Below are positions 16,944-24,940 of a DNA stretch of 64,000 nucleotides, piece by piece. The stretch covers positions 4,177 through 68,176 of the forward strand of contig JAUSCK010000173.1 in NCBI GenBank assembly GCA_030651035.1, read 5' to 3'. This DNA comes from Elusimicrobiota bacterium (lineage in GTDB: Bacteria; Elusimicrobiota; Elusimicrobia; Elusimicrobiales; UBA9959). The notes beneath the pieces were generated by a model. That model was not told the origin of the DNA. It worked only from the letters and a program-made list of their open reading frames with translations, and did no database searches. The first letter of the stretch is position 1. Each line of letters opens with the position of its first letter. Both the position numbers and the translations under genes were made by a program.

Positions 16944-16976
16944 ATTATAGCGCTGCCCTGCGACAAGGGGTTGTCG
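16944..16976 (-). promoter_or_regulatory. Palindromic box CGACAACCCCTTGTCG + 11 nt + TATAAT (sbcD promoter)
   Basis: On the minus strand the order is CGACAACCCCTTGTCG, CAGGGCAGCGC, TATAAT, 10 nt, ATG (16933). Confidence 0.6.
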
Positions 16977-17075
16977 CTGGGCTACCTATCTCAGTTAACC
17001 CAGCGCACTCGTACCCTGCCCAGGTTTAAGGTCACAAATTGTGACCTTAAAGCCATACAGACTCTGTTTTATCCC

Positions 17076-19358
17076 TTAGTTTACAAGAAAGGCCTTTACC
17101 CAGGCCTGCAGGGACTGGCCTTTTATCTTGAGCTGGGTTTTTGCCGTTTCCACGGCCAGCCAGTCGCGGGTTTTTTCCAGCATCGGCTCCCATTCGCTGC
17201 GGCGGGCGGCGTATTTTGCTTCCAGCGTTTTAAGGATCACCATTGTGAAGGCCAGGACCTGGTCTTTGGCGCTGGCGCCGGCAAGGGCTTTTTGGAAGCC
17301 GGCCCAGTTAAGGCCCAGCATGTGGAAGATCGATTCCTGCAGGGCAAAACCGCCTTCCAGGCGCTGACAGCCGAGTATTATGAGAAGGTCGTCCTGCGGC
17401 GGAGTAAAGGACGGGATCGACATGCTCATCCTGGCACGCGGACGACTGATCATTCCCGGTTTATATTCAGCCATGCTGGACTGTAGGTTGAAGCAGCGCT
17501 TCATACTCATAGCCCGGGGAGCGGCGACGCTCATAGACATGGACATATTCATGTCGCAGTCGCATACTTCATTTAAGGCCCCCCAGCCTTTTACCGGGAC
17601 CACCGCTATTTGGCGCAGGGCGATTTCGCCTTTCTGTTTTTCGCCGGCTTTTCTTTCCTGCACGCCCACAAAACTGGTGCCGGCGCTGGCCAGGGTGTAT
17701 TCTTTGGCAAGGGCGACGGCCTCGCTTTCCTTTCCGGCGCTTTCCAGCTCTCTTACTTTAGCGCGGGCCCAGAGAACAGAAAGTGGGGCAAAAGAGTTTT
17801 CCACCTGCGCGACGGCGATCTTGAAAGATTGCTTTTTGCCGGCGAACTCGCCGCTAAACTCTACTGTTTCGGGCAGCTTGCCTTTTGGAAGCCTGAGATA
17901 AAAAGAATCGAAACCGCCGGTAAAGATAACGGAGGGAACGCCGGAGGGCTCGGCGGTTTTCACGCCGCAATCTACTTTTACTTCCGACAGACAGCCGCCT
18001 CTGATGGCGCCGTAGAGCCTGAGCATAGGCGGCTCGATGCGCTCCGCGGGGGCTATCATTAGGGAAAGCCCTTTGCCGGCGCGGGAGGCGCTTTTAAGCA
18101 GATGCTCGTTGGGGCCGTGACCGATGCCCACAAGGTGCAGGCGGGTTCCGGCAGAGTTCTTTGTCTGCGCTACGGCAGCGATGTCTGATTCGTTGCCGAT
18201 GTCGCCGTCGGTCAGGACTATGATGTCCCTGTCTTTTGAAGGCGCGCTGTAAATATCACGCAGCGGGGCCAGCAGCTCGGTGCCGCCCAGGTCGGCCTGC
18301 ACTTTATTAAGCCATTGCAGGGCCAAGGAGAGGGAATCTTTGTCCATGGCGAGGGAGGAGGCGAACAGCTTTTCGAAGGAAGAGCCGAACCTGTAGACGT
18401 TAAACTTGTTGCCGGGCGCCAGGCTTTTTAAAAGTATTTGCAGCGCCTGCTTAGACTGACTTATTGAATCCCCCTGCATGGAGCCGGAGCAGTCCAGCAC
18501 GAAAACCAGCTCGGAGGCGGGTTTCTTAAGCGTTAGTTTCTGCGCAGGCAATGAGAAATCTACGCCGAGGTAGGAGTAGTTTTTATCCGCGGCACAGTAG
18601 GCGCGGGTTTTGGCCGCGTCTTCAAGCTGGAGGTCCAGGATAAAATCCTGGTCCATCGGGACCAGGTCGCCGGAGAGGCTCACTATGGTTTTGCCGCCTT
18701 TGAAGACCGTCTTCACGCGGTGGGAATGGGATTCTATCCCTTTCAGGTCGGCCTTATTTTCAATAACCACTTCGATCTCTATGCCGTAGGGCACGGACAG
18801 GGCGAAAGGCGGGTTTAGCTGGGCGTCCACTGGGATGCCGTCTTTGTCCGGCATTTTCGCGGGCACGTAGCGCGGGCCTATGGCGGTGGGCAGGAAGAAG
18901 CGCATGGCGCCGCCGCGGTACTCCAGGCGGGAGACCAGCTCTGTTTCTATTACCGCCTCCTGGCCGGGCAGCAGGTTGCCGGCTGAAATTGTGAAGAGGT
19001 TGGGCCTTTCTTCGTCCAGCAGGTAGGCGGAATTGCCCTTTTCCAGGGCCTTGTCGTAAAGGTCGTAGGCTTTCCGGCGCTCTTCGGCCGCGCCGGTTAT
19101 TATTTTGCCGCCGGTTTCTATCCTGAAGCCGCAGACCGCGGCGTCGGCTGGCAGCGGGAACTTGTAAATGGCCTCTATGACTATTTTCTCGTCGTTGCGG
19201 AAGCGCTGGCGGAGCACTGTCCTGGCGCCGCTGCCGATTATTACGGTCCTGGCGCTTACGCCGGTGAGCGGCACTTTGTGGTTTTCTTCCGAAAGCAGGT
19301 CTACGGCATTCAGAATTTCGGCTTTAGTGTTCTTTAGTTTTGAAATATCTATTTTCAT
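17076..19358 (-). CDS. VIT domain + von Willebrand factor A (vWA) domain protein
   Basis: 760 aa. The N-terminal VIT-like region is followed by vWA MIDAS motif VFVLDCSGSM and ...VLTDGD. There is a Met/Ser-rich linker and an alpha-helical C-terminal domain. Confidence 0.8.
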   Translation of the reverse strand: MKIDISKLKNTKAEILNAVDLLSEENHKVPLTGVSARTVIIGSGARTVLRQRFRNDEKIVIEAIYKFPLPADAAVCGFRIETGGKIITGAAEERRKAYDLYDKALEKGNSAYLLDEERPNLFTISAGNLLPGQEAVIETELVSRLEYRGGAMRFFLPTAIGPRYVPAKMPDKDGIPVDAQLNPPFALSVPYGIEIEVVIENKADLKGIESHSHRVKTVFKGGKTIVSLSGDLVPMDQDFILDLQLEDAAKTRAYCAADKNYSYLGVDFSLPAQKLTLKKPASELVFVLDCSGSMQGDSISQSKQALQILLKSLAPGNKFNVYRFGSSFEKLFASSLAMDKDSLSLALQWLNKVQADLGGTELLAPLRDIYSAPSKDRDIIVLTDGDIGNESDIAAVAQTKNSAGTRLHLVGIGHGPNEHLLKSASRAGKGLSLMIAPAERIEPPMLRLYGAIRGGCLSEVKVDCGVKTAEPSGVPSVIFTGGFDSFYLRLPKGKLPETVEFSGEFAGKKQSFKIAVAQVENSFAPLSVLWARAKVRELESAGKESEAVALAKEYTLASAGTSFVGVQERKAGEKQKGEIALRQIAVVPVKGWGALNEVCDCDMNMSMSMSVAAPRAMSMKRCFNLQSSMAEYKPGMISRPRARMSMSIPSFTPPQDDLLIILGCQRLEGGFALQESIFHMLGLNWAGFQKALAGASAKDQVLAFTMVILKTLEAKYAARRSEWEPMLEKTRDWLAVETAKTQLKIKGQSLQAWVKAFLVN

Positions 19359-19783
19359 TTTAGTTCCCCTTTCCCCTCTTTGGCTATAAGACGCGCATAA
19401 TTGACTATATTCCTTACCAGCCGGCCCTCGGCTTCTTCCGCATCGCGATTTACCTGTAAAACTATGCCGGGCGCCAGTTCATACAGGGCCACTACGCTGC
19501 GCCCTGCCGGCTGGCTATTGCTCAGGTGCGGCAGGCGGGAGTGGACGGCGGGTTCGCCGGCCGGCTTTTTGCCGCTTAAAATTGTGGCGATGGCTTCCAG
19601 GGTGAGGCCTTTTTTCTGCAGATCACGGATCTTCAGCAGGCGGGCGAGGTGCCCGCTGTCATAAAAACCGCCGCGCCCCCTGCCGGCCGGTGGGTCTATT
19701 ACGCCCTGCTGTACGTAAAACCTTATAGTCCGGCGTGAGAGCCCGGTCTGCTCGCAAAGCTGATCGATCGTATATTTGCCCAT
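19355..19783 (-). CDS. MerR-family transcriptional regulator
   Basis: YTIDQLCEQTGLSRRTIRFYVQQGVI...HLARLLKIRDLQKKGLTLEAI. It overlaps the vWA gene by 4 nt. TATAAT lies 5 nt upstream of the ATG. Confidence 0.85.
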   Translation of the reverse strand: MGKYTIDQLCEQTGLSRRTIRFYVQQGVIDPPAGRGRGGFYDSGHLARLLKIRDLQKKGLTLEAIATILSGKKPAGEPAVHSRLPHLSNSQPAGRSVVALYELAPGIVLQVNRDAEEAEGRLVRNIVNYARLIAKEGKGELK

Positions 19784-19890
19784 GCTTTATTATAGCAGTA
19801 GACTGTCGTTTTTCCAAGTGTCGTAATAGCCGTTGACGGCACCCGACATGGTGGTGTCGCGGGGCGTGGAAATATCTTTCCGTGGTTTCT

Positions 19891-20241
19891 CTATTGCGGG
19901 CTAATGTGATGCCCGTGGCTGGTTGTGTGTTTCTGATTAGGTCTTGGGGACTCAACAGGAAGAAAAGCCAGGCGGATACCGTAAACCGCCAGTATTCCCT
20001 GGAGCGTGCCCACTTCCGGATTGCCGGTGGGCGATAGCGTTTTATAAAGGGTGGTGCGGCTCATTTTAGTGGCTTTAGCCAGCGCGCCCATGCCGCCGTT
20101 GGCGCCGACCACCCTGCGAATAGCGACAAGGAGGTATTTAAGTTCCCCCCCTTCGGCAGCGGCGTTAATATATGCGGCAGCCTCATCGCGGTTAACGAGG
20201 ACTTTTTTCATGTAACTGTCGTAAGATACTGTGTTTTTCAT
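19891..20241 (-). CDS. Addiction-module antidote protein (HigA-like HTH antitoxin)
   Basis: ...ALAKATKMSRTTLYKTLSPTGNPEVGTLQGILAVYGIRLAF. It overlaps the upstream toxin gene by 4 nt. Confidence 0.8.
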   Translation of the reverse strand: MKNTVSYDSYMKKVLVNRDEAAAYINAAAEGGELKYLLVAIRRVVGANGGMGALAKATKMSRTTLYKTLSPTGNPEVGTLQGILAVYGIRLAFLPVESPRPNQKHTTSHGHHISPQ

Positions 20242-20567
20242 TTTAGCCCCCGATATTGCTCCCAGAATCGCTGCGCCTTGCGTATGTCTCTACGCTGCGT
20301 TTGTTTATCACCGCCGCAAAGCAGCAGGACTATAACCGGACCATCCTCGCCGTAATAGACACGGTAGCCGGGCCCGTAGTGAATACGCAGTTCCCAGACC
20401 TCTTGCCCAACGCCTCGATGATCTCCAAAGTTGCCGTTCACAACACGATCCAATCTGGCGCGTATCGCGGCTTTTGCCGTCAGGTCAGAGATGGCGTCCA
20501 GCCATTCTCCGAAAAGGTCTTTCCCATTTTTACGGTAATTCCGCAACCTGCGTTCCTGCGGCTCCAT
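20238..20567 (-). CDS. Addiction-module killer protein (RelE/HigB-like toxin)
   Basis: ...FGEWLDAISDLTAKAAIRARLDRVVNGNFGDHRGVGQEVWELRIHYGPGYRVYY... Confidence 0.8.
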   Translation of the reverse strand: MEPQERRLRNYRKNGKDLFGEWLDAISDLTAKAAIRARLDRVVNGNFGDHRGVGQEVWELRIHYGPGYRVYYGEDGPVIVLLLCGGDKQTQRRDIRKAQRFWEQYRGLK

Positions 20568-20580
20568 ATACGCCCCCTAT

Positions 20581-20609
20581 AGTGTATCCCACAGAAGACA
20601 TATTGTCAA
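20581..20609 (-). promoter_or_regulatory. Sigma70-like promoter TTGACA-17-TACACT upstream of the toxin gene
   Basis: On the minus strand the order is TTGACA, 17 nt, TACACT, then a 13-nt leader with a GGGGG RBS, then ATG (20567). Confidence 0.6.
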
Positions 20610-20632
20610 GGCTTTTCTGCTTCCTCGCTTAT

Positions 20633-20665
20633 GTTATAGCAGACGAACCCGACAACGGCTTGTCG
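20633..20665 (-). promoter_or_regulatory. Palindromic box CGACAAGCCGTTGTCG + 11 nt + TATAAC
   Basis: It is embedded in a 13-bp perfect hairpin ACGAACCCGACAA/TTGTCGGGTTCGT. The spacer GGTTCGTCTGC is shared with the boxes at 28597 and 35706. Confidence 0.5.
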
Positions 20666-20738
20666 GGTTCGTAACAGCTATTTTCGTCTCTTGCCTTCTA
20701 ATTGGCGGGCTTTGGCGCTGTCGGCGTGGGCTCGCACT

Positions 20739-21143
20739 TTATCGCCCAGGTCGAAGTAGACGGCGCCGCGGCGCTCGTAGGCGGGGGCGCACCGCGGCTG
20801 TAAGCAATTCCTCGTGGTCGGGCTTCAGCTTAAGGCCCCAGGCCGCGGTTTCTGCGGCGTCTTTATAGCGCTCGCATTCGATCAGGCATTCCGCCTTGCC
20901 CTGCAGGGAGTCCAGGCGCGCCGGGTTGCGCTGCAGGGCCGCCTCAAAATCAGTCAGGGCCGAAACCGGGCGGCCGAGGGCCTGCAGGCAGATGGCGCGC
21001 AGGTAGCGCGTCTCCGTGCGGCGGGGCCAGCTATGGTTCAGCAGGTCGGCGGCCGCGGTAATCGCGCTGCCGGCCGCCCAGCGGTAAAGCCTGCCGGACA
21101 GGCCGGTTACAAGTTTCAGCAGGCACACCAGGAAGATCCTCAT
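20739..21143 (-). CDS. TPR-repeat protein with N-terminal signal/anchor
   Basis: 134 aa with TPR-like helices (ALTDFEAALQRNPARLDSLQGKAECLIECERYKDAAETAAWGLKLKP). Its ATG overlaps the upstream frame's TGA (ATGA). Confidence 0.6.
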   Translation of the reverse strand: MRIFLVCLLKLVTGLSGRLYRWAAGSAITAAADLLNHSWPRRTETRYLRAICLQALGRPVSALTDFEAALQRNPARLDSLQGKAECLIECERYKDAAETAAWGLKLKPDHEELLTAAVRPRLRAPRRRLLRPGR

Positions 21144-21548
21144 TTTGCCTCCGGCTTTACGTGGTATTGTTTTATAAGCTCATGGGCGCGGTCCGCCAGC
21201 GGTTTAAAGTGGCATGGTTTTGGAGCTGCAAGGTCCGCGCCCATATTTAAAAAGTCTTGCGCCTGATAAGTATCATCAATATGCCCGGTTATCACCCACA
21301 CATAGACCCGTTTTTTTTGTTACTTTTAAGCGCCTTAAGCAGCTTTATTCCGTCAGGGCCGTGATGATAAAGGTTAGCTATAAAGATCAGCGGCGGCTCG
21401 CGCCGGGCTTGCGCGAGGGCTTTGTAACCGTCAATAAAGGTGACAATGTCGGCTTCTATCTTGAAAGTGGCGAAACCCCGCAGCAGCTGGCCTATAAACT
21501 GCTTCTCGCCGTCGATTATTATTATTTTAGGCCTTTATATTTTTTCCA
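21140..21548 (-). pseudogene. CheY-like receiver-domain gene disrupted by a frameshift at an A8 tract and lacking a canonical start
   Basis: My translation gives ...KIIIIDGEKQFIGQLLRGF...LIFIANLYHHGPDGIKLLKALKSNKK, then A8 (T8 at 21311-21318 on the plus strand), then in the -1 frame RVYVWVITGHIDDTYQAQDFLNMGADLAAPKP...KQYHVKPEAK*. The upstream ATG at 21547 is followed by an in-frame TAA at codon 5. Confidence 0.6.
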
Positions 21549-21716
21549 TGATTTATCCCCGCAGTTTTGCGCACAGCTGCATTGGCTGAACGAGCAGGGC
21601 TGGCAGGCGTTCATGGCCTCGCCCCGCTGCCGCGCCATCTCTTTAAAGGTGGCGCAGCCGGAGGTCAGGGACAGAAGGACCAAGAGCAGGGAGGTTCTGA
21701 GGTTCCTCATAATCAT
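21522..21716 (-). CDS. Small Cys-rich probable lipoprotein
   Basis: MIMRNLRTSLLLVLLSLTSGC... is a signal peptide with a lipobox-like SGC. The mature part has five more Cys. Confidence 0.55.
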   Translation of the reverse strand: MIMRNLRTSLLLVLLSLTSGCATFKEMARQRGEAMNACQPCSFSQCSCAQNCGDKSWKKYKGLK

Positions 21717-22369
21717 GCTTCCTGCTCAGCCTCCGGGAGGTATTTCTGCATGAGCTTTATGAACCGGGGCTCGTCGCGGAGCGCGTCGAGGTCCGTGTCC
21801 ACTTCGATGTGCCTGCGCTCGCGCAGGCCGTTCTCCAGGGCCAGCTCGAAGTAGCGGAGGGCTTCTTCCGTTTCTTCGTCCAGCGCGTACAGGCAGGCCA
21901 GGGAATAGAGCGCCCAGGGGATCATGTGGCCGTCTTCCGAGGGCTGCATCGTGAGATACTTCTGCAGGCAGCTCCGGGCCGCGCCGGGTTTGCCGGTTTT
22001 CGCGTAGACGTTGGCCTGGTCGTAGTAGACCACGGAGGAATTAGGGTTGAGCTCCAGCGCTTTGGCGTAATCCTTAAGCGCCCTTTTGAAATCGCTCTTC
22101 GCGTTATAAGAATTCCCCCGGTAATCGTAGGCCTTCGCGTAGCCGGGGTCTATGCCTATCGCGGCAGAGTAATCTTTGATCGCCGTGTCATAGTCATGCT
22201 TGAGGTGATAGGAAAAGCCCCGGCTGAGATAGGCCTCTTTGTTCCCGGGGTCAAGTTTTATGGCCTCGCTGAAACTTTCTATGGCCTTGTCGCACTTGCC
22301 CTCCTTGCCGTAAACAAGCCCCTGCTCATAAAAGGCGCTTCCGCGGTCAGTACATTCTTTGGTGTCCAT
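21713..22369 (-). CDS. TPR-repeat protein
   Basis: 218 aa with repeated ...A..y..Al.l.P motifs (AIESFSEAIKLDPGNKEAYLSRG; AIKDYSAAIGIDPGYAKAYDYRG; ALKDYAKALELNPNSS). Confidence 0.85.
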   Translation of the reverse strand: MDTKECTDRGSAFYEQGLVYGKEGKCDKAIESFSEAIKLDPGNKEAYLSRGFSYHLKHDYDTAIKDYSAAIGIDPGYAKAYDYRGNSYNAKSDFKRALKDYAKALELNPNSSVVYYDQANVYAKTGKPGAARSCLQKYLTMQPSEDGHMIPWALYSLACLYALDEETEEALRYFELALENGLRERRHIEVDTDLDALRDEPRFIKLMQKYLPEAEQEA

Positions 22370-22417
22370 ATATTTATTCCTCCGTTTCGTTGCGATTTAC
22401 TGTTTCCCTTCATCTAT

Positions 22418-22450
22418 ATTTTACAATTGCCCGACGACAAGGGCGTGTCG
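22418..22450 (-). promoter_or_regulatory. Palindromic box CGACACGCCCTTGTCG + 11 nt + TAAAAT
   Basis: It lies upstream of the TPR gene. A 48-nt leader with a GGAGGAA RBS precedes ATG 22369. Confidence 0.5.
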
Positions 22451-22465
22451 CACCCCTTTTGCGCT

Positions 22466-23050
22466 TTAGAAGAAATCCGCGAGCTGCTGCCAGAGTTTTT
22501 TAAGCGGGCCGCCGCGCCTGTGGGAGCCGGGGAGGTCGGTGTTCCAGGTTTTAAGGAACGGGTAGCAGGTCAGGGCCACGGCGCCCAGGTAGGGCTGGGC
22601 GGCGTATTCTTTGGGGCAGTCCAGCAGCTCGGGCACAGGGTAGGCCAGGCGGGACAGGGGCAGCTCAAGCAGTTCGGCGGCGGCCGCGGGCATGCCCTTA
22701 AGCAGGGAGCCGCCGCCCGTAAGGATTATCCCGCCGGGCAGGTCCGGGCAGGCGGACTTCTGCACCGCTTCGTTAATAAGCTCGAAAATTTCTTCGAGGC
22801 GCGGCTGTATTAAATCCAGGATGTCTTTGGCCCCTATTTCCACCTGGGTGCACCGGTCGGCTTTCATAACAGCTATGCGCTTCTCTTTATCTATCAGGCT
22901 GGAGTAGCAGGCTCCGTATTTTTCCTTAAGCTCGCGGGCCCAGCCAACGGTGGTGTTAAGGCCGTGCGCGATGTCTTTTGTGATGTTGTCCCCGCCAATA
23001 CCGCAGGGGAGATGCCTGCGGGTTGTTTCGAGCTTTGCGGCTGGAACGTA
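22466..23050 (-). pseudogene. ftsA: 5'-truncated ftsA/pilM-family actin-like ATPase (C-terminal half only)
   Basis: The frame is open from the codon right after the upstream gene's TAA: YVPAAKLETTRRHLPCGIGGDNITKDIAHGLNTTVGWARELKEKYGACY...GGIILTGGGSLLKGMPAAAAELLELP. It matches the FtsA C-terminal half. The N-terminal ~200 aa are absent. Confidence 0.7.
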
Positions 23051-24349
23051 TTAATCGAGAGTAAACTCGCCACCGTTTTGCAGCACGTGCACGCGGTCGC
23101 CAAAGGCGGCCTGGAAGATTTCCGGGTGCTCGGTATGGATAGGGATTATATGGCGCGGTTTCTTATTCTCCATCAGTTTCCGGATAGTTGAGAAATAGGC
23201 GTGGCCCGAGACATGCGCCGAATGGGCGTCCATGCCGCGCGCTTTGAAATATTCCAGGGTTTTCTGGTATTCCAGGTCCTCTTTATAGCCTTCCCACATT
23301 GAATAAACCAGGATGGCGTTTTTAAAGTTAGTTATTTTCGCCCTGCACCAGTGCTGCGCGTAGGTGCGGACCGGGATTATCAGTTTATCCGGGTTTTCAT
23401 TAACCCAAACCCAGGAAACCAGTTTGCGGGAGATTTTTTCCGCGGCTTCGGGATAATACTTCTGCAAATTCCTCATTGTGGGTGTGTCGAGGACTTTCAG
23501 ATATTCGCTTTCAAGCCCGGGGAGCTGCAGTTTCACGCCCTGCTTCAGAGCGAGGGTTTTAAGCGTTTCAAGAATAAGCGCCACATAGCCGTCTATAGCC
23601 AGGAACCTGCCTTTCCTGGCGGCGATCCCGCCGAGGCTGGCCAGCAGGTCCACGTTCTGGCCGGAGCACATGACATAGAGCGCGCCGCTGTCGGGCTTGA
23701 TTAGTTTTTCAATGTCCAGCATCACTTTTTTTTCATTATCGCCGGTTTCAACCCCGGCCTGGGTGCCCTCGGTGAGGATAAGGTCTATCCCGCCCATCTT
23801 TGTATTAAGGAATTTTGTAAAGGCGTGGGTCCGGTGGCCGTGGTCGCGGTAATCTCCGGTATAGATAATTTTCTTGCCTTCGGCTTCTATCAGGAAGGCG
23901 AAAGACTCGGAGGAGGAATGGTCCATCAAATAAGGCGTCAGGGTGAAAACGCCGACGGTAAACGGGACTTCTTTCCTGAAGTATTCCACCTTTGCCGTAA
24001 AATCTTTGTGGTCCGGGCCCATCTTGCCGGTTATGCGGATGATCTCTTCCATTATCTCGCTCATGTAGACGGGAAGCGCAGGGTTGAGCGGCCTGCCGTA
24101 AAGCATGCCGTAATGGTCCTGGTGGGTGTGTGAGATCACAAGGCCGTCCAGGCGGGCCTTGCCGGGTCCGTAAAGGCCCTCTATTTTGTGCTCAGCCTGT
24201 TCCAGCGTGATATTCTCGCTTTTATGGGTGACCGGGTTTATCCTGGGCAGCGGGGTTCCGTAATCCAGCAGTATGCGGGACTCGCCGGAAACCAGCTCAA
24301 TGCAGTTCCCCCCTATTTCCTCAGCCCCGCGATGTACGATAATTTTCAT
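23051..24349 (-). CDS. MBL-fold metallo-hydrolase (beta-CASP/nucleic-acid-processing-like)
   Basis: 432 aa, with MKIIVHRGAEEIGGNCIEL..., the HxHxDH motif SHTHQDHYG, and later conserved D/H residues (TGDYRDHGH, SGHA). Confidence 0.8.
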   Translation of the reverse strand: MKIIVHRGAEEIGGNCIELVSGESRILLDYGTPLPRINPVTHKSENITLEQAEHKIEGLYGPGKARLDGLVISHTHQDHYGMLYGRPLNPALPVYMSEIMEEIIRITGKMGPDHKDFTAKVEYFRKEVPFTVGVFTLTPYLMDHSSSESFAFLIEAEGKKIIYTGDYRDHGHRTHAFTKFLNTKMGGIDLILTEGTQAGVETGDNEKKVMLDIEKLIKPDSGALYVMCSGQNVDLLASLGGIAARKGRFLAIDGYVALILETLKTLALKQGVKLQLPGLESEYLKVLDTPTMRNLQKYYPEAAEKISRKLVSWVWVNENPDKLIIPVRTYAQHWCRAKITNFKNAILVYSMWEGYKEDLEYQKTLEYFKARGMDAHSAHVSGHAYFSTIRKLMENKKPRHIIPIHTEHPEIFQAAFGDRVHVLQNGGEFTLD

Positions 24350-24368
24350 ATTATTGTTCCTTACAAAT

Positions 24369-24401
24369 AGTATACACCCCTGCTATGACAAGGGGTTGTC
24401 G
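24369..24401 (-). promoter_or_regulatory. Palindromic box CGACAACCCCTTGTCA + 11 nt + TATACT
   Basis: It lies upstream of the MBL hydrolase gene. A 19-nt leader with AAGGAA precedes ATG 24349. Confidence 0.55.
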
Positions 24402-24416
24402 CGGCGGCTATATCGT

Positions 24417-24450
24417 TAAAAAAGCGAAAACCGGAGGGGTAACCTCCGGC
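24417..24450 (-). terminator. Rho-independent terminator
   Basis: On the minus strand GCCGGAGG-ttacc-CCTCCGG is followed by TTTTCGCTTTTTT. Confidence 0.7.
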
Positions 24451-24940
24451 TTCGCGTTCAGCAGCTCCGGTCTCAGGAGCGCCTGATTTTCTTGTAGACT
24501 TCCTTCCTGTGGCCGATCCCGTTTTTGCCGTCCTACCAGCCGACCCTGAACCATAGGACCATAATTATGAGGAAGAGCAGCCCGCCGAAGAACAAGCTCA
24601 GGAGAGTGGTCATCCACCTGGATTTAGGGGATAAGCGGGCATCCCTATAACCTCTGTTTTTGTAGCCTGCTTTGATATATTCTCCTGATCTGCCGTGGGC
24701 AGAAAACCTTTCCGCCGGATTGTCTATATTTTACAAACATTTTTCCCTTATAGCTGATCCGCGGCAGCTCAAAGCCGCATAGGCCTTTCGGTCTACCTCG
24801 TCCGGGACCGATATACCCTTACAGCGGAGGAACCTGCACCGTATACTATTGCTAGTGCAGACTTGCGCCTTAAAAGGTACCTGGTACCTTTGCCGCCGCT
24901 TGTCTGCTAGAATGTATTGCGGTATTTTATTGGAGGACCT

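Noticed and set aside
21809-22813. 334-aa plus-strand ORF overlapping the TPR gene and the ftsA fragment
   Set aside because: It is antisense to two motif-supported genes, and its composition (Gly/Ala/Arg/Val) is typical of spurious high-GC frames.
24533-24613. Possible 26-aa hydrophobic peptide (MTTLLSLFFGGLLFLIIMVLWFRVGW) upstream of the 24417-24450 terminator
   Set aside because: It is too short to support from sequence alone, and the putative RBS abuts the ATG. It is noted only as a candidate small membrane peptide.
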